DNA of 64,000 nucleotides from Coleofasciculus sp. B1-GNL1-01 (GCA_040220235.1 JAVJTO010000082.1), one strand, 5' to 3'. Shown: positions 1 through 10,712, counted from the first letter of the stretch. Made by a program: numbers and translations. Notes: generated by a model from the sequence alone, not told the origin.

Positions 1-1
1 A

Positions 2-1642
2 AGACGCCTAATTGTCCGAGAGGGAGCCCAGGTATCGGCGGCAACTTTTGGTGAGGGTGTAGGGGGAAATTTAACAGTGAATGCTACTGAGTCGGTGGAA
101 CTTATTGGTGTTTCGGCTTCTGATTTGCTTTCCAGTGGTTTGTTTACGGCGACCCAACCCGAAGCAACAGGAAATGCTGGAAACTTAGAGGTAAATACCA
201 GAAAGTTAATTGTTCAAGATGGGGCACAAATTTTCGCGGGTACGGGTGGGGCGGGTGATGGGGGAAATTTGACGGTGAATGCTGCTGATTTTATAGAAGT
301 AAGCGGAGTATCACCAATTGTTCTATTTCCCAGTGGTTTGTTTACTGTCGTAGAGGCAACAGGTACAGGCAATGCTGGAGACTTAGAGGTGAACACGGGG
401 CGGTTAACTGTTCAAGATGGGGGACAAATCTCGGCTAGCACTTTTGGGGTGGGTAATGGGGGAAATTTGACGGTGAATGCTGCTGATTCTGTCGAAGTAA
501 CCGGAGTATCACCTGATCTATTTCCCAGCGGTTTGTTTAGTACAGCTGATGATTTCCCTTTGATTGAAACAGGATTAACTGTAGGCAATGCTGGAGACTT
601 AACGGTTAATACCAGGCAATTGATTGTCCAGGATGGGGGACAGATAGCTGCTTCAACGTTCGGCAATACTGGAGAAGGCGGGAATTTGCTGGTGAACGCG
701 GTTGAGTCTGTGGACGTCAGGGGTACAGGTCCGGAGGGGGCGATTGGTGGTAGTAGTGGCTTACTGGCTGACGCCACTGACGGGTTTAATGATTCTGGGA
801 CGGTAACTGTAAACACCGAACAGTTGCGGGTTGAGGATGACGCCAGGGTGGCGGTGAGTAATCAGGGGACTGGTAATGCTGGAAACCTGGAGGTAAAAGC
901 CGGTTCTATCTTTCTGGATAACCAAGGAACCCTGACTGCTGAAACGGCATCCGGTGAAGGGGGAAATATCAAACTAGAGTTACAGAACTTACTACTCATG
1001 CGCCGCAACAGTCTGATTTCTGCAGAAGCGGGGGGGACGGGCAATGGTGGAAATATAGACATGGATACGACATTCCTAGTGGCGTTTGAAAATAGCGATA
1101 TCATTGCCAACGCCTTCGAGGGCAGGGGAGGGAATGTGCAAATTACAGCCCAAGGAATTGTGGGAATTGAGTTTTGCCTTCAGAATACCCCAGAAAGTTG
1201 TATCACGGTCAGCTCTGAGTTTGGTGAAGATGGTGTGGTGGTGATTAACACGCCAGATGTTGACCCGAGTAAAGAACTGGTTACGTTGTCAGAGGATGTT
1301 CTGGATGTGAGTAATTTAGTCGCTCAAGGTTGTGGCGCAGGTCAAGGGGGAAACTTGGGTGAGTTTATTGTTACCGGGCGCGGAGGTTTACCCCCCTCTC
1401 CAGGTGACATAATTCCGAGTGAAGTGGTGCTTGAAGATTTAGGAACTGAGCTAATGCCAACGAGGAGAAATGATACTAGTGGAGGGATTTTTCCCAATTC
1501 GACGCCTTCGTCTCCAGCACCCATAGTAGAAGCCCAAGGATGGATTAAAATGCCTGATGGTCAGATTATTCTTACTGCCCAAGCCGGGAATGTCACTCCT
1601 GATGATTCCTGGCATCCGGCAGTGACTTGCCAGGTACGGTGA
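2..1642 (+). CDS. Filamentous haemagglutinin-family (S-layer/TPS beta-helix) exoprotein, 5'-partial
   Basis: Frame is open from base 2 (RRLIVREGAQVSAATFG...). Repeated GNAGNLxVNTxxLxVQDGGQI units; typical cyanobacterial C-terminus (F.vTGRGGLP...IVEAQGW). Confidence 0.9.
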   Translation, partial: RRLIVREGAQVSAATFGEGVGGNLTVNATESVELIGVSASDLLSSGLFTATQPEATGNAGNLEVNTRKLIVQDGAQIFAGTGGAGDGGNLTVNAADFIEVSGVSPIVLFPSGLFTVVEATGTGNAGDLEVNTGRLTVQDGGQISASTFGVGNGGNLTVNAADSVEVTGVSPDLFPSGLFSTADDFPLIETGLTVGNAGDLTVNTRQLIVQDGGQIAASTFGNTGEGGNLLVNAVESVDVRGTGPEGAIGGSSGLLADATDGFNDSGTVTVNTEQLRVEDDARVAVSNQGTGNAGNLEVKAGSIFLDNQGTLTAETASGEGGNIKLELQNLLLMRRNSLISAEAGGTGNGGNIDMDTTFLVAFENSDIIANAFEGRGGNVQITAQGIVGIEFCLQNTPESCITVSSEFGEDGVVVINTPDVDPSKELVTLSEDVLDVSNLVAQGCGAGQGGNLGEFIVTGRGGLPPSPGDIIPSEVVLEDLGTELMPTRRNDTSGGIFPNSTPSSPAPIVEAQGWIKMPDGQIILTAQAGNVTPDDSWHPAVTCQVR

Positions 1643-1686
1643 TATCTGCATTTAAACTGGGTGTTCGGCATTTAAATCTTAACCCC

Positions 1687-1716
1687 TGTAGTAGCGAGCA
1701 AGATGCTCGCACTACA
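1687..1716. repeat. REP-like palindrome
   Basis: tgtagtagcgagca-aga-tgctcgcactaca imperfect inverted repeat between two genes. Confidence 0.7.
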
Positions 1717-1764
1717 AGAATGGGAAACCGTTATTTACAGTAATTGGGAATTGGAAGCAAGAAT

Positions 1765-4419
1765 ATGGCGCGAAAACAGTCGGCATTTTCCCGAAATAAG
1801 GCAATAAGTAACTCTGCTCATTGGTTATGGAAGGTGCTTCTTTTCACCTGTTCACTTTTGACGGTTTGTTTGCTCAATATCCCAGCCCAACCAGCACAGG
1901 TTGTATCAGAGTCCTCTACCTTGCCAGGTTGCTCCTTACCTTCTAGCCTCTGTCCTGGAACCTCTGCCTTTTTATCCCAGCAAACTCAACAAGGTCGAAA
2001 TCACTATGAAGCGGGTCAGTTTGCCCAAGCCGCTCAAATCTGGGAACAAGTGGCTGCGTCTTTAGCAACCGAGGGAGATCAACTCAATCAGGCAATGGTA
2101 CTGAGTAATCTCTCCCTGGCATATCAACATCTGGGACAATGGAGTCAGGCAAAAAGTGCGATCGCCAAAAGTCTGGAACTGTTGACCAACGGACAAGGAA
2201 TGGGTGATAAAATGGCGCAAACTCGTGTTTTCGCCCAAGCCCTAAACACCCAAGCTCAGTTACAGTTTACCCTGGGTCAAACAGAGCAAGCTCTGGCGAC
2301 CTGGCAACAGGCGAGTGAGATTTATCAGCAGGCAAATGATCAAGCCGGAATCCTGCGTAGCCAAATTAATCAAGCTCAAGCTCAAAAACGCTTAGGACTT
2401 TACCGTCGGGCGGTGAACACTTTAACCCAGGTGCATCAAAGCCTAGAAAACCAGCCTGACTCCCCAATTAAAGCGGCTGGCTTGAGAAGTCTAGGGAGCG
2501 CTTTTCTTCTGGTTGGCAACTTAGAGCAATCTCAAACCGTCTTGCAGCAGAGTTTACAAGTGGCTCAAAACCTAGAATCTACCCAGGAAATGAGTGCCAC
2601 ATTATTGGACTTAGGTAATACCGCCAGAGCGAGGAAAGATGAAGCCGCTGCTATAGAATTCTATCAACAGGCAGCCGCGATCGCACCGTCACCCCTGATC
2701 CAAGTTCAAGCTCAACTCAACCAATTAAGTCTACAGATTCAACAACAGCAGTGGCAACCCGCCGCAGGACTGGTGGCTCAAATTCAGTCCCAATTGGACA
2801 ACTTGCCAGAGAGTCGCGGTACAGTCTATGCCCAGATTGATTTGGTCAAGAATCTGATTACCTTATCACAAAACCGTCCCCATGCTTGGGAACTTTACAC
2901 CAATTCAGGACGCCTACTCGCCAACGCCCTGCAACAGGCTCAACGTTTAGCAGACCAACCCGCTACAGCCTACGCCTTGGGAAATCTAGGCAGATTATAC
3001 GAGCAAACCCAGCAATGGCGTCATGCTCAAACGCTCACCGAACAAGCCCTACGCCTTGCTCAAGCCATTAAAGCACCCGATATTGCCTACCGCTTTTCCT
3101 GGCAATTGGGTCGTCTGCTCAATGCCCAAGGGGATACTCAAGGTGCGATCGCGGCTTATACTGAAGCGGTTAATATTCTACAAGGGTTACGCCAAGACTT
3201 AGTTTCTATTAGTCCAGAGGTGCAATTTGCGTTCACAGAGACAGTAGAACCCGTCTATCGGCAACTTGTCAATCTTCTCTTACCCGCAGGTCAGCAAAAA
3301 CCGAGTCAGCAAAATTTGGTTCAAGCCCGTCAGGTGATTGAATCCTTAAAATTAATCGAACTGGAAAATTTCTTCCGAGAAGCCTGTTTAAATCCCCAAC
3401 CCCAACTGATTGATCAAATCGATCCCACTGCTGCGGTTATTTATCCGATTATATTACCCAACCATTTAGCCGTCATTGTTTCTCTACCAGAACAACCCCT
3501 AAGCTACTACGACACTCAGCTTTCCCAAGAGGAGGTAGAAACTACTTTAGATCAGTTGCGTCAACACTTCAGCCCAGTCTTGTCTGACAAAGAGCGTTTG
3601 CGTTTATCTCAACAAGTCTACGACTGGCTGATTCGACCCATTGAGACTCAGTTAACCACCAGTGGGGTTAAAACCTTAGTCTTTGTCCTTGATGGCAGTT
3701 TACGCAATATTCCCATGGCAGTCCTCTATGATGGGAATCAATATCTGGTCGAAACCTACAACATTGCCCTGACACCCAGTTTACAACTATTAGAACCCAA
3801 ACCCCTGTCACAGCAAGCCTTAACCTTACTGACTGCTGGTATCACCAAAGCCCGCCACGGTTTTAGTCCTCTCCCCAACGTCGCCCAAGAAGTTGTTCAA
3901 ATTCAGCAGGAGTTACCCAGCGTCGTGCTACTGGATCAAGCCTTTACCAAGGAAGCCTTGCGCCAAAAAATTGAGTCATCCTATTTCCCGATTGTTCACA
4001 TCGCTACCCACGGTCAGTTTAGTTCCACGGCAGAAGAAACATTTGTATTGGCTTGGGATGAACCAATTCAGGTCAAACAGTTCGATAACCTCCTCCAATC
4101 TGCTCACTCAAGTCGGAATCAGGCGATTGAGTTGTTGGTTCTCAGCGCTTGCGAAACCGCACAGGGGGACAAGCGAGCGGCTTTGGGTTTAGCTGGTGTG
4201 GCGGTGCGAGCGGGTGCCCGCAGTACCCTAGCCACCCTATGGCGTGTGGATGATGCGGCAACGGCAGAATTTATGAGTTTATTTTATCAGGAATTAACCA
4301 ACAATCCCGCCAATAAAGCAGAGGCGCTGCATCGAACTCAGTTAGCACTTCTACAAAAGCCTCGGTATCGAAATCCTTATTATTGGGCACCTTTTGTCTT
4401 AGTGGGGAATTGGCTTTGA
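1765..4419 (+). CDS. TPR + CHAT (caspase/HetF-like) domain protein
   Basis: N-terminal hydrophobic segment, TPR-like repeats, CHAT motifs HIATHG and LSACETAQGD with the His/Cys dyad intact, C-terminal YYWAPFVLVGNWL. ATG at 1765. Confidence 0.92.
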   Translation: MARKQSAFSRNKAISNSAHWLWKVLLFTCSLLTVCLLNIPAQPAQVVSESSTLPGCSLPSSLCPGTSAFLSQQTQQGRNHYEAGQFAQAAQIWEQVAASLATEGDQLNQAMVLSNLSLAYQHLGQWSQAKSAIAKSLELLTNGQGMGDKMAQTRVFAQALNTQAQLQFTLGQTEQALATWQQASEIYQQANDQAGILRSQINQAQAQKRLGLYRRAVNTLTQVHQSLENQPDSPIKAAGLRSLGSAFLLVGNLEQSQTVLQQSLQVAQNLESTQEMSATLLDLGNTARARKDEAAAIEFYQQAAAIAPSPLIQVQAQLNQLSLQIQQQQWQPAAGLVAQIQSQLDNLPESRGTVYAQIDLVKNLITLSQNRPHAWELYTNSGRLLANALQQAQRLADQPATAYALGNLGRLYEQTQQWRHAQTLTEQALRLAQAIKAPDIAYRFSWQLGRLLNAQGDTQGAIAAYTEAVNILQGLRQDLVSISPEVQFAFTETVEPVYRQLVNLLLPAGQQKPSQQNLVQARQVIESLKLIELENFFREACLNPQPQLIDQIDPTAAVIYPIILPNHLAVIVSLPEQPLSYYDTQLSQEEVETTLDQLRQHFSPVLSDKERLRLSQQVYDWLIRPIETQLTTSGVKTLVFVLDGSLRNIPMAVLYDGNQYLVETYNIALTPSLQLLEPKPLSQQALTLLTAGITKARHGFSPLPNVAQEVVQIQQELPSVVLLDQAFTKEALRQKIESSYFPIVHIATHGQFSSTAEETFVLAWDEPIQVKQFDNLLQSAHSSRNQAIELLVLSACETAQGDKRAALGLAGVAVRAGARSTLATLWRVDDAATAEFMSLFYQELTNNPANKAEALHRTQLALLQKPRYRNPYYWAPFVLVGNWL

Positions 4420-5883
4420 TTATTGGTCATTGAAGGGTAAAGTAACAGTGACTGTAGTCCCTTGATTCAGTGTACTGTTAATCTGAATCTGACCATGATG
4501 ATTGTCTACAATCGCTTTAGCGATCGCTAACCCTAATCCCGTACCCGCCGCCGCATCCTTGGTTCTAGCGGGATCGATGCGATAGAAGCGATCAAATATC
4601 AGCGGTAATGCGGTTTCGGGAATCCCAATACCATTGTCGCGGACTTGAACTTGAATCCAGGAGGAACCTTGTCGTCCACCTTTACTAGGATGCTTGACCA
4701 ATTCGAGTTTCACCTGCACCCACCCTTCTTCATCGTTCTCTGTTTTCGGGGGAGTATATTGCACCGCATTACTGACAAGATTGGTGAATAAACGTGCTAA
4801 TTGATTCCAGTCGCCGAGAAGGGTAAATGCTTCGTCATCTAAGGGTTGTAGGGGGGGCTGGGAAGCGCTAAAGCGCTTACTACTAACGGTGCGATCGCGT
4901 GCGTCTGATTCCGAGGTAGAATCAACGGATAATTCAGCACTCGTATCGTTAGATTTTAAATCGAAATCCGGAATTTCTGGCAAATGCAGCGACAGAAAAA
5001 TACCTTTTTGATCGGCAATTAACTGTTGTTCTTCAATCACTTCCATCAGCAACGCATCTAGGGGGACAGGTTGCCATTCGGGTTGTACCATACCACTATC
5101 AACCCGCGCCAAAAAGAGCAAATCATTCACCAATCGTCCCAAGCGCTGAGTTAATCGTTCCACTACCTTAAGTTGGTGACGTTGCCATTGCGGTTCCATA
5201 TCGGGATCAGCTAGTGCTACTTGCACATTAGTTTGAATCGTGGCGATGGGATTTCTTAACTCGTGGGACGCATCAGCAGTAAACTGTTTTAACCGTTGGT
5301 AGGAGTCGCGCACGGGTTTCATAGCAAGTTCGGAGAGTAACCAACCAATTGCAGCGGTGGAGAGAATCATTAGCGTGGTTCCCACCGTTAAATCGACGAT
5401 TAACTGGCGGATGGGTTTAGTGACTTCAAACCAGGGATGACTCACCCGTAAATAGCCTAAAACATACCGTCCCAGTTCTACTCGCTTGGTGAACTGACGC
5501 AGCAGGTGATCCGGGGATAGATGGACAGTTTCCGCTGTTTGTCGGGGATGCAGGGGAATATCCAGGGGGTCTGAGAGGGTTGACCACAGCAACTCACCCG
5601 TGGGACTAAACCATTCTAAGTCAATGTGGTCATCTTCCACCGCTTGGGTATTATCGCGAAAACTGGCTTCTACGTTAATCTGATAAGGAGTAACCGTTCC
5701 CTCACTGGGCTGAATCACTAGAGAGCGATCGACAACTTCCACCACATGCTTTAAGGTATCGTCCACCCGTTCAATTAAGGTGCTGCGAACGTACAAATAA
5801 ACCCCTGTCGCAAATAGTAATAATAAGACAGCAGTAACTGTTGTATACCAAAGTGCCAGACGGCGACGAGTAGCTTGAAACAT
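4420..5883 (-). CDS. Membrane sensor histidine kinase (possibly ManS-like)
   Basis: Two TM helices, H-box FTADASHELRNP, N-box NLVSNAVQY, G-boxes DNGIG/GTGLGL. Start MFQATRRR at 5883. Confidence 0.9.
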   Translation of the reverse strand: MFQATRRRLALWYTTVTAVLLLLFATGVYLYVRSTLIERVDDTLKHVVEVVDRSLVIQPSEGTVTPYQINVEASFRDNTQAVEDDHIDLEWFSPTGELLWSTLSDPLDIPLHPRQTAETVHLSPDHLLRQFTKRVELGRYVLGYLRVSHPWFEVTKPIRQLIVDLTVGTTLMILSTAAIGWLLSELAMKPVRDSYQRLKQFTADASHELRNPIATIQTNVQVALADPDMEPQWQRHQLKVVERLTQRLGRLVNDLLFLARVDSGMVQPEWQPVPLDALLMEVIEEQQLIADQKGIFLSLHLPEIPDFDLKSNDTSAELSVDSTSESDARDRTVSSKRFSASQPPLQPLDDEAFTLLGDWNQLARLFTNLVSNAVQYTPPKTENDEEGWVQVKLELVKHPSKGGRQGSSWIQVQVRDNGIGIPETALPLIFDRFYRIDPARTKDAAAGTGLGLAIAKAIVDNHHGQIQINSTLNQGTTVTVTLPFNDQ

Positions 5884-5914
5884 TGTATAAGTAGTGGCGT
5901 GGCACACCCAATTT

Positions 5915-6000
5915 GATGAATTAGAATTACGCCCGGAAACCGTAGGGGCGCAAAGACTTGCGCCCGATTCAATGGTAAAATCTCTTCCACAATTTTAGCT
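5915..6000. repeat. Dispersed repeat with gtaggggcgca..tgcgccc palindrome (second copy 46076-46161)
   Basis: gatgaattagaattacg...gtaggggcgca...tgcgcccgattcaatggtaaaat...ccacaattttagct occurs twice in the window. Confidence 0.8.
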
Positions 6001-6089
6001 TAACTCTTTGAACCCGTTTCAACGGGTTTTAGCTTTTAGCCCCAACTTTAGTTGAGGGCTTAAGTCAGCTAGATGGACAATTTAATCTC

Positions 6090-7301
6090 TCAATCTCTTA
6101 ATACCAAATGCCGCTGCGCGTCAAAGGCAATCGTCCCTTGCTGCTGTAACTGATTGAACAGTCGAGTAATCGTGACTCTAGTGGTGCAACAGGCGTTAGC
6201 AAAATCCTGATGCGTCAGGCGAATGGTTAAACGAGTCCCCTCTGATGTTGGTTGACCAAATTTCGCTTTTAACCAGTCTAGGAAACAGTGCAAACGGTCT
6301 GTTATTTGCCGCTTGCCCGCCATGGCTAATAAAAATTCTGTCTGTTGTAACCGCTGATTAAGCAGAGGTAACAGCGTCTGAGATAGTTGAGAAGAGGCGG
6401 CAATTTCAGTGCAAGAAATACTAATTAATTCTGCTGTTTCCGAGACAACAGTGGCTTCGTACATCGGTAGCGATGTCATACTAGAACTGAAGGGCATGGA
6501 TTCTCCAAGTAATCCCACGATTATTTCATCACCACTTTCGCTAACTGTACTCAGTTTGATCACACCTTGGCAGACGATCCAAGTAGTATGGGGTTTGAGA
6601 GAAATTGTCTCGCCTTTATGATAGATATACCGAGGGTGATTATGGTAAAGGTTGGTATTATTACAATAATTGTCTCCCCTCAGCCCTGGCTGGCGATCGC
6701 GAATATCCTGTACGATCCAGCACAAACGGATCGGCTGATTGTCTAAATCACAGTGGGGACTTACCGTCAAAACCGCCTCCAAGGGTTCACGTTGACGCGG
6801 CTGAATCTGAGCGATCCATTTTTGTGGTATATTATGCTGCTGAATCTGGATGAGTTTAGCTGGAAACTTGCGGCGATCGGATTTAATCAAATAGATATCT
6901 AGGGGTTTACCGACTAAAAACTGCTGCGATACATTCAGTAGGTTGGCAGCGGCTTGATTGGCGTCTATAATTTTCCCTTTGGTATCCGTTTCTAGGTAAG
7001 CATGGGGCAAGAACTGGAGTAGGTTTTGATAACGCTGGCGTTCGGCTGCTAATTCTACTCGCATCGCTGCCGATTCCTCCGCCTGTGCTAGAAGTTCCTC
7101 CATCGCCACTTGCAGTTCTTCTGAAGCCATACCGAGTTCTTTAAAGGCTGAGGGTAGTAGGTGGGATTTTTCGTTTGCAGTATTGACACAGTGGTAAAGC
7201 TGATCTAAGCGTCCTTGTAATGCCTCAACTTGCTGCATAAACCGCTTCAAGTCACTGTCAAATCTCCCAGCACTCATTTTTCTGTGTAAATATTCCCCCA
7301 T
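6090..7301 (-). CDS. PAS-domain Crp/Fnr-family transcriptional regulator
   Basis: Coiled coil, PAS (YLETDTKGKIIDANQAAANLL), Crp effector-like domain and Crp HTH (RLTHQDFANACCTTRVTITRL). Start is 7301 or 7277. Confidence 0.85.
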   Translation of the reverse strand: MGEYLHRKMSAGRFDSDLKRFMQQVEALQGRLDQLYHCVNTANEKSHLLPSAFKELGMASEELQVAMEELLAQAEESAAMRVELAAERQRYQNLLQFLPHAYLETDTKGKIIDANQAAANLLNVSQQFLVGKPLDIYLIKSDRRKFPAKLIQIQQHNIPQKWIAQIQPRQREPLEAVLTVSPHCDLDNQPIRLCWIVQDIRDRQPGLRGDNYCNNTNLYHNHPRYIYHKGETISLKPHTTWIVCQGVIKLSTVSESGDEIIVGLLGESMPFSSSMTSLPMYEATVVSETAELISISCTEIAASSQLSQTLLPLLNQRLQQTEFLLAMAGKRQITDRLHCFLDWLKAKFGQPTSEGTRLTIRLTHQDFANACCTTRVTITRLFNQLQQQGTIAFDAQRHLVLRD

Positions 7302-7607
7302 AGATAGATTTTCAGGTGTCTTATTCAGTGTTTGGGAAGGATTAATTGATTCTGCCCTGCAAATACGTCTGTATTCACAGTAACAAAGCAACTTAATATA
7401 AGTCCCCATCTTTAGACAGACGTAAGAGTCTAGCAGGAATTGATATGCTACTAGATGTCAGTCAAGTTAAAGGTTCAGCATTATCCCGACCGACAAGCAA
7501 GATGTAGGCATAGGGATCTCCATTCATCCCAGCTCAACCCCTATCCGGCTAGGATTAGCAACCTCTCTTTTGACTCATAGCCACTCACCCTTCATTTACA
7601 GAGAGAT

Positions 7608-7889
7608 ATGAATTCTCAAACCACTTCTCGTCAAACAGCTTTTGTGTCTAAATCCAGCCAAAGTACATCTAACAATCACCAAAGTCTCTGCTGTTATATC
7701 AATCAAACCAGCCAGGTTCAGATTATCCGGCTGGTGAATCAATCCCATACTAATTGGCAACGGGTTATTTTTTCCGGTGAGCGTTTTCTGTTTGAAGCTG
7801 ACTCTGAATCTAACTTAGAGATTATGGTGAATGAAGCGGTTTCTTCTCTAGTTAATTGTAAAAAATTGTTAGTAAAACTTGAAGCCTGA
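7608..7889 (+). CDS. DUF1830-family small protein
   Basis: LCCYINQTSQVQIIRL...QRVIFSGERFLFEA..ESNLEI matches the cyanobacterial DUF1830 pattern. Confidence 0.75.
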   Translation: MNSQTTSRQTAFVSKSSQSTSNNHQSLCCYINQTSQVQIIRLVNQSHTNWQRVIFSGERFLFEADSESNLEIMVNEAVSSLVNCKKLLVKLEA

Positions 7890-7965
7890 TTCTTGGTCAA
7901 GTAATTTTCTCTGTTTGATTGGCGCAGTAAACAGTATTCCTACCCTAAACAAGAAGATCAGCATC

Positions 7966-8352
7966 ATGTCGCAGAAAATTATCAATTTAACCTGTCTCCT
8001 TGTCATTCAAGAAGTCAAAGATATCTTGGTAACTTATCCAGAGACTCCTTATCAAGAGGCATTTGCTCAGGCAGAATTATTTAACCAGCTCGTTAACCAG
8101 GTATTAAGTCGAATTCCGGATCAATCTTATACTATCCTGTACGAATCTGAAAAACTCCCCAAAAACCCTAGACGCTTTTACTCTTCCATAGAAGAGCGAA
8201 TGATGGTCGAAGAACTGATTCATCAGACTATTATTGCTCTACTGAGAACGCAGAGAAAAAAAACGTTACATTCCCCGGCATCAGAAGACAACCGTTCTGC
8301 TAATGCAGCGATGAGTTCCAACGAAAAACTCTATCGTTGGTTCAGCTATTAG
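7966..8352 (+). CDS. Conserved cyanobacterial protein, possibly ComFB-like
   Basis: MSQKIINLT.LLVIQEV..IL..YP..PYQ.AF...L...VLSRIP pattern. The ComFB similarity is from recall only. Confidence 0.5.
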   Translation: MSQKIINLTCLLVIQEVKDILVTYPETPYQEAFAQAELFNQLVNQVLSRIPDQSYTILYESEKLPKNPRRFYSSIEERMMVEELIHQTIIALLRTQRKKTLHSPASEDNRSANAAMSSNEKLYRWFSY

Positions 8353-8452
8353 GGCGTTGAGATCAGGATACAGCACAGGACTTAATATTATGTCGGGTTG
8401 AATACTTACACGAAGTCCCTAGACATAAATTTTGTCCGCCAAACATTCCGGT

Positions 8453-8518
8453 AGATCCCCGACTTCTGAATCCCATTCATTTAGGTAAGCAGGATTTCGA
8501 CAAAGAAGTCGGGGATCT
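8453..8518. repeat. Inverted-repeat element agatccccgacttct/agaagtcggggatct (related copy ~46248-46280)
   Basis: Perfect 15-bp inverted repeat. Confidence 0.75.
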
Positions 8519-8619
8519 GGAGTGTAAGAGTACGATGAAAACGTTGGATGATACAATAGTCGCCAATGCCAAATCATGTCGGTTTTGGCTGAGTCAATCC
8601 AGGAGTCCCCCTTCACCTG

Positions 8620-9672
8620 ATGTCCAGACGAACGGCGAACCCGGCTAATGTATTCAATCGAATTCCCGGACGCGCTTATCTGTTGATTGCGATTGTGATT
8701 TTCGCGTCAGCCAATGCGGTAATCCGGATGTTAACCAATTTGGGAGATCAAAATCTAATCGATGGCAGAAATCCCATCTCGTTCTGCAATGTTCTGTTTG
8801 CGGGAAATCTTTGTGCCTTAATCGCCCTCATCTTAATCTATGGCAAGCAGTGGAATGTTGAGTCCATAAAACGTCTCTCCTGGACAGATTGGCTAGGATT
8901 GACGGGGGTGGCAATACTGTCCGGGGCATTAGCTCCGGCTTTAACATTTATGGCACTAGACTTGACAATGGTCAATAATGTGGTGCTAATTGGTCGCATT
9001 GAACCGCCCCTGATTCTGGCGTTATCCATACTATTGCTGGGAGAACGGGTAAATAAGTGGGTGATAGCGGGTGCGGTGGTTTCGTTCATTGGCGTTTCTC
9101 TGACTGTATTACTTCAGACTCCCGCCACGGATATGGTGAATATGGGAAGATTCCAGATTGGCAGAGGGGAATTATTTGCCGCAGGTGGTGCCGTGGCGTT
9201 AGCCTTGTCCACGATTATTAGTAAGGTGAAGTTACGTCAGATTCCGTTGGCTATTTTCAGTATCTATCGTATGGCAATGGCAACATTAGTGTTCTTGGTG
9301 GTTGTCTTGATGCTGTTTGAACCCAATCATTTTATGGATGTGTTTTCGCCTTTTCTGTGGCAATGGATGTTGATTTACGGCATGGTGATTGTCGTCGGGG
9401 GTCAACTCTGTTGGTTTCGCGGATTAAAGACAACAGGTGCAGCGGATGTTTCCTTAGCCAGTTCCTTTAGCCCCATTGCCGGAATTTTAGCGGCATATTT
9501 TATTCTGGGGGAAGCGCCCACCATGGCGCAATATATCGGTGGGGCGGTGATTATTGGCGGTATTGTCCTCAATCAGATTGGTGTGTTTCGCAAAATGGCG
9601 GAAACGATTACGCTGCCACCTGGGAATTCCGATAAGGAAGCGGATACAGAGGTGGGCTTTAAAGGAGTTTGA
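8620..9672 (+). CDS. EamA/DMT-family transporter
   Basis: About 10 TM helices in two EamA halves (IEPPLILALSILLLGERV; SPIAGILAAYFILGEAP). Confidence 0.9.
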   Translation: MSRRTANPANVFNRIPGRAYLLIAIVIFASANAVIRMLTNLGDQNLIDGRNPISFCNVLFAGNLCALIALILIYGKQWNVESIKRLSWTDWLGLTGVAILSGALAPALTFMALDLTMVNNVVLIGRIEPPLILALSILLLGERVNKWVIAGAVVSFIGVSLTVLLQTPATDMVNMGRFQIGRGELFAAGGAVALALSTIISKVKLRQIPLAIFSIYRMAMATLVFLVVVLMLFEPNHFMDVFSPFLWQWMLIYGMVIVVGGQLCWFRGLKTTGAADVSLASSFSPIAGILAAYFILGEAPTMAQYIGGAVIIGGIVLNQIGVFRKMAETITLPPGNSDKEADTEVGFKGV

Positions 9673-9720
9673 ACCACCAGTTATGGACTATTTGAGGTTC
9701 ATATCATCCCCTTTTGCCAC

Positions 9721-9801
9721 GGCGATTGAAATCGCTGCTACACAAACAAAGTCCGCCTGCGCGGACTGGGTTATCAGGGGGGTAGTTAACCCGGATTTAG
9801 T
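9721..9801. repeat. Small dispersed repeat (second copy 45987-46067)
   Basis: ggcgattgaaatcgctgctacacaaacaaagtccgccNgcgcggactggg...gttaacccgNatttagt occurs twice, with two hairpins. Confidence 0.85.
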
Positions 9802-10192
9802 CGGATAGGATATACCGTAGGGTGGACACTGCCCACCAGCATACCAGTCAGTACCATTCGTCTTAACTTGAATGGCACTGACTTTAGATTTTGTAGTCAG
9901 CGCTTTAGCGCTTCTGGCACTAAAGTGCCTACTACGAAACCAGCTTAAGTCAGTACCATCCGTCTTACATTTAGGCTATAGGAATAATCAGGAATTTAAA
10001 TCGATACCTGGGAAATGCTCTCTCCAGCCCTCTATGCCGCTACTACAGCGGTTTTACGGCTATCTCTGAACGTTTGTCAAGTCGTAATACCTGGTTTAAA
10101 TCCCAATTGACGTAGAGTTGCCGTTTAAGTTTTATTACAATTAGAATAACTACTTTGAACAATTGTTAACTAATTGCTGCCCTACTTCGTGC

Positions 10193-10693
10193 ATGATGTT
10201 CATTACCAACCAACTGCCCACCGCAACTCTTGAACTCAAGCCAGCCGTTAACCAGGCGTTTAACGACTTCCAGCGCCTGTCTGTTGAGGATCAGTTAGGG
10301 CTGCTTTGGGGAATGTACCAAAACCTAGGTTGTTCTCTAGCACCAACACCTGCGGGTGCGGCACGGCTATTTTTGACCCAAGGGTTGCTGCATCGGATCA
10401 AGCAAATGCCTGCTACTGAACAGTTAGCGGCGATGCAGGACTTATTACAGGAGACAGATAGCCCCATCAGTCGTCAATACGGACTATTCACGTTGAAAAC
10501 CAAACTGGCGTTTTGGACTCAGCTATTTGATTGGATGTCCACAGGTGAAGTGAGTCCAGTGGCAATCGCTTCTTCGCTTTCTTCCTCAGCTACAACCCTG
10601 TTGAGAACGATCGCGTTATTAGACCTGAATGAGCAAATTTCCCTATTCAATGAGATCATTGACCAGATGGGTGTTGCCCCTTTAGCCGCTTAG
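10193..10693 (+). CDS. Helical carotenoid protein (stand-alone OCP N-terminal domain)
   Basis: FQRLSVEDQLGLLW.MY, PAGAAR, EQLAAMQDL...DSPISRQYG, TKLAFW motifs of the OCP N-terminal domain; no C-terminal domain. Confidence 0.85.
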   Translation: MMFITNQLPTATLELKPAVNQAFNDFQRLSVEDQLGLLWGMYQNLGCSLAPTPAGAARLFLTQGLLHRIKQMPATEQLAAMQDLLQETDSPISRQYGLFTLKTKLAFWTQLFDWMSTGEVSPVAIASSLSSSATTLLRTIALLDLNEQISLFNEIIDQMGVAPLAA

Positions 10694-10712
10694 GAATTTG
10701 GCGGTTGGGTAT

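Noticed and set aside
214..1651. Antisense ORFs within the haemagglutinin gene (and likewise within the PEP-CTERM genes)
   Set aside because: Shadow frames produced by repetitive Gly/Asn/Thr codon usage.
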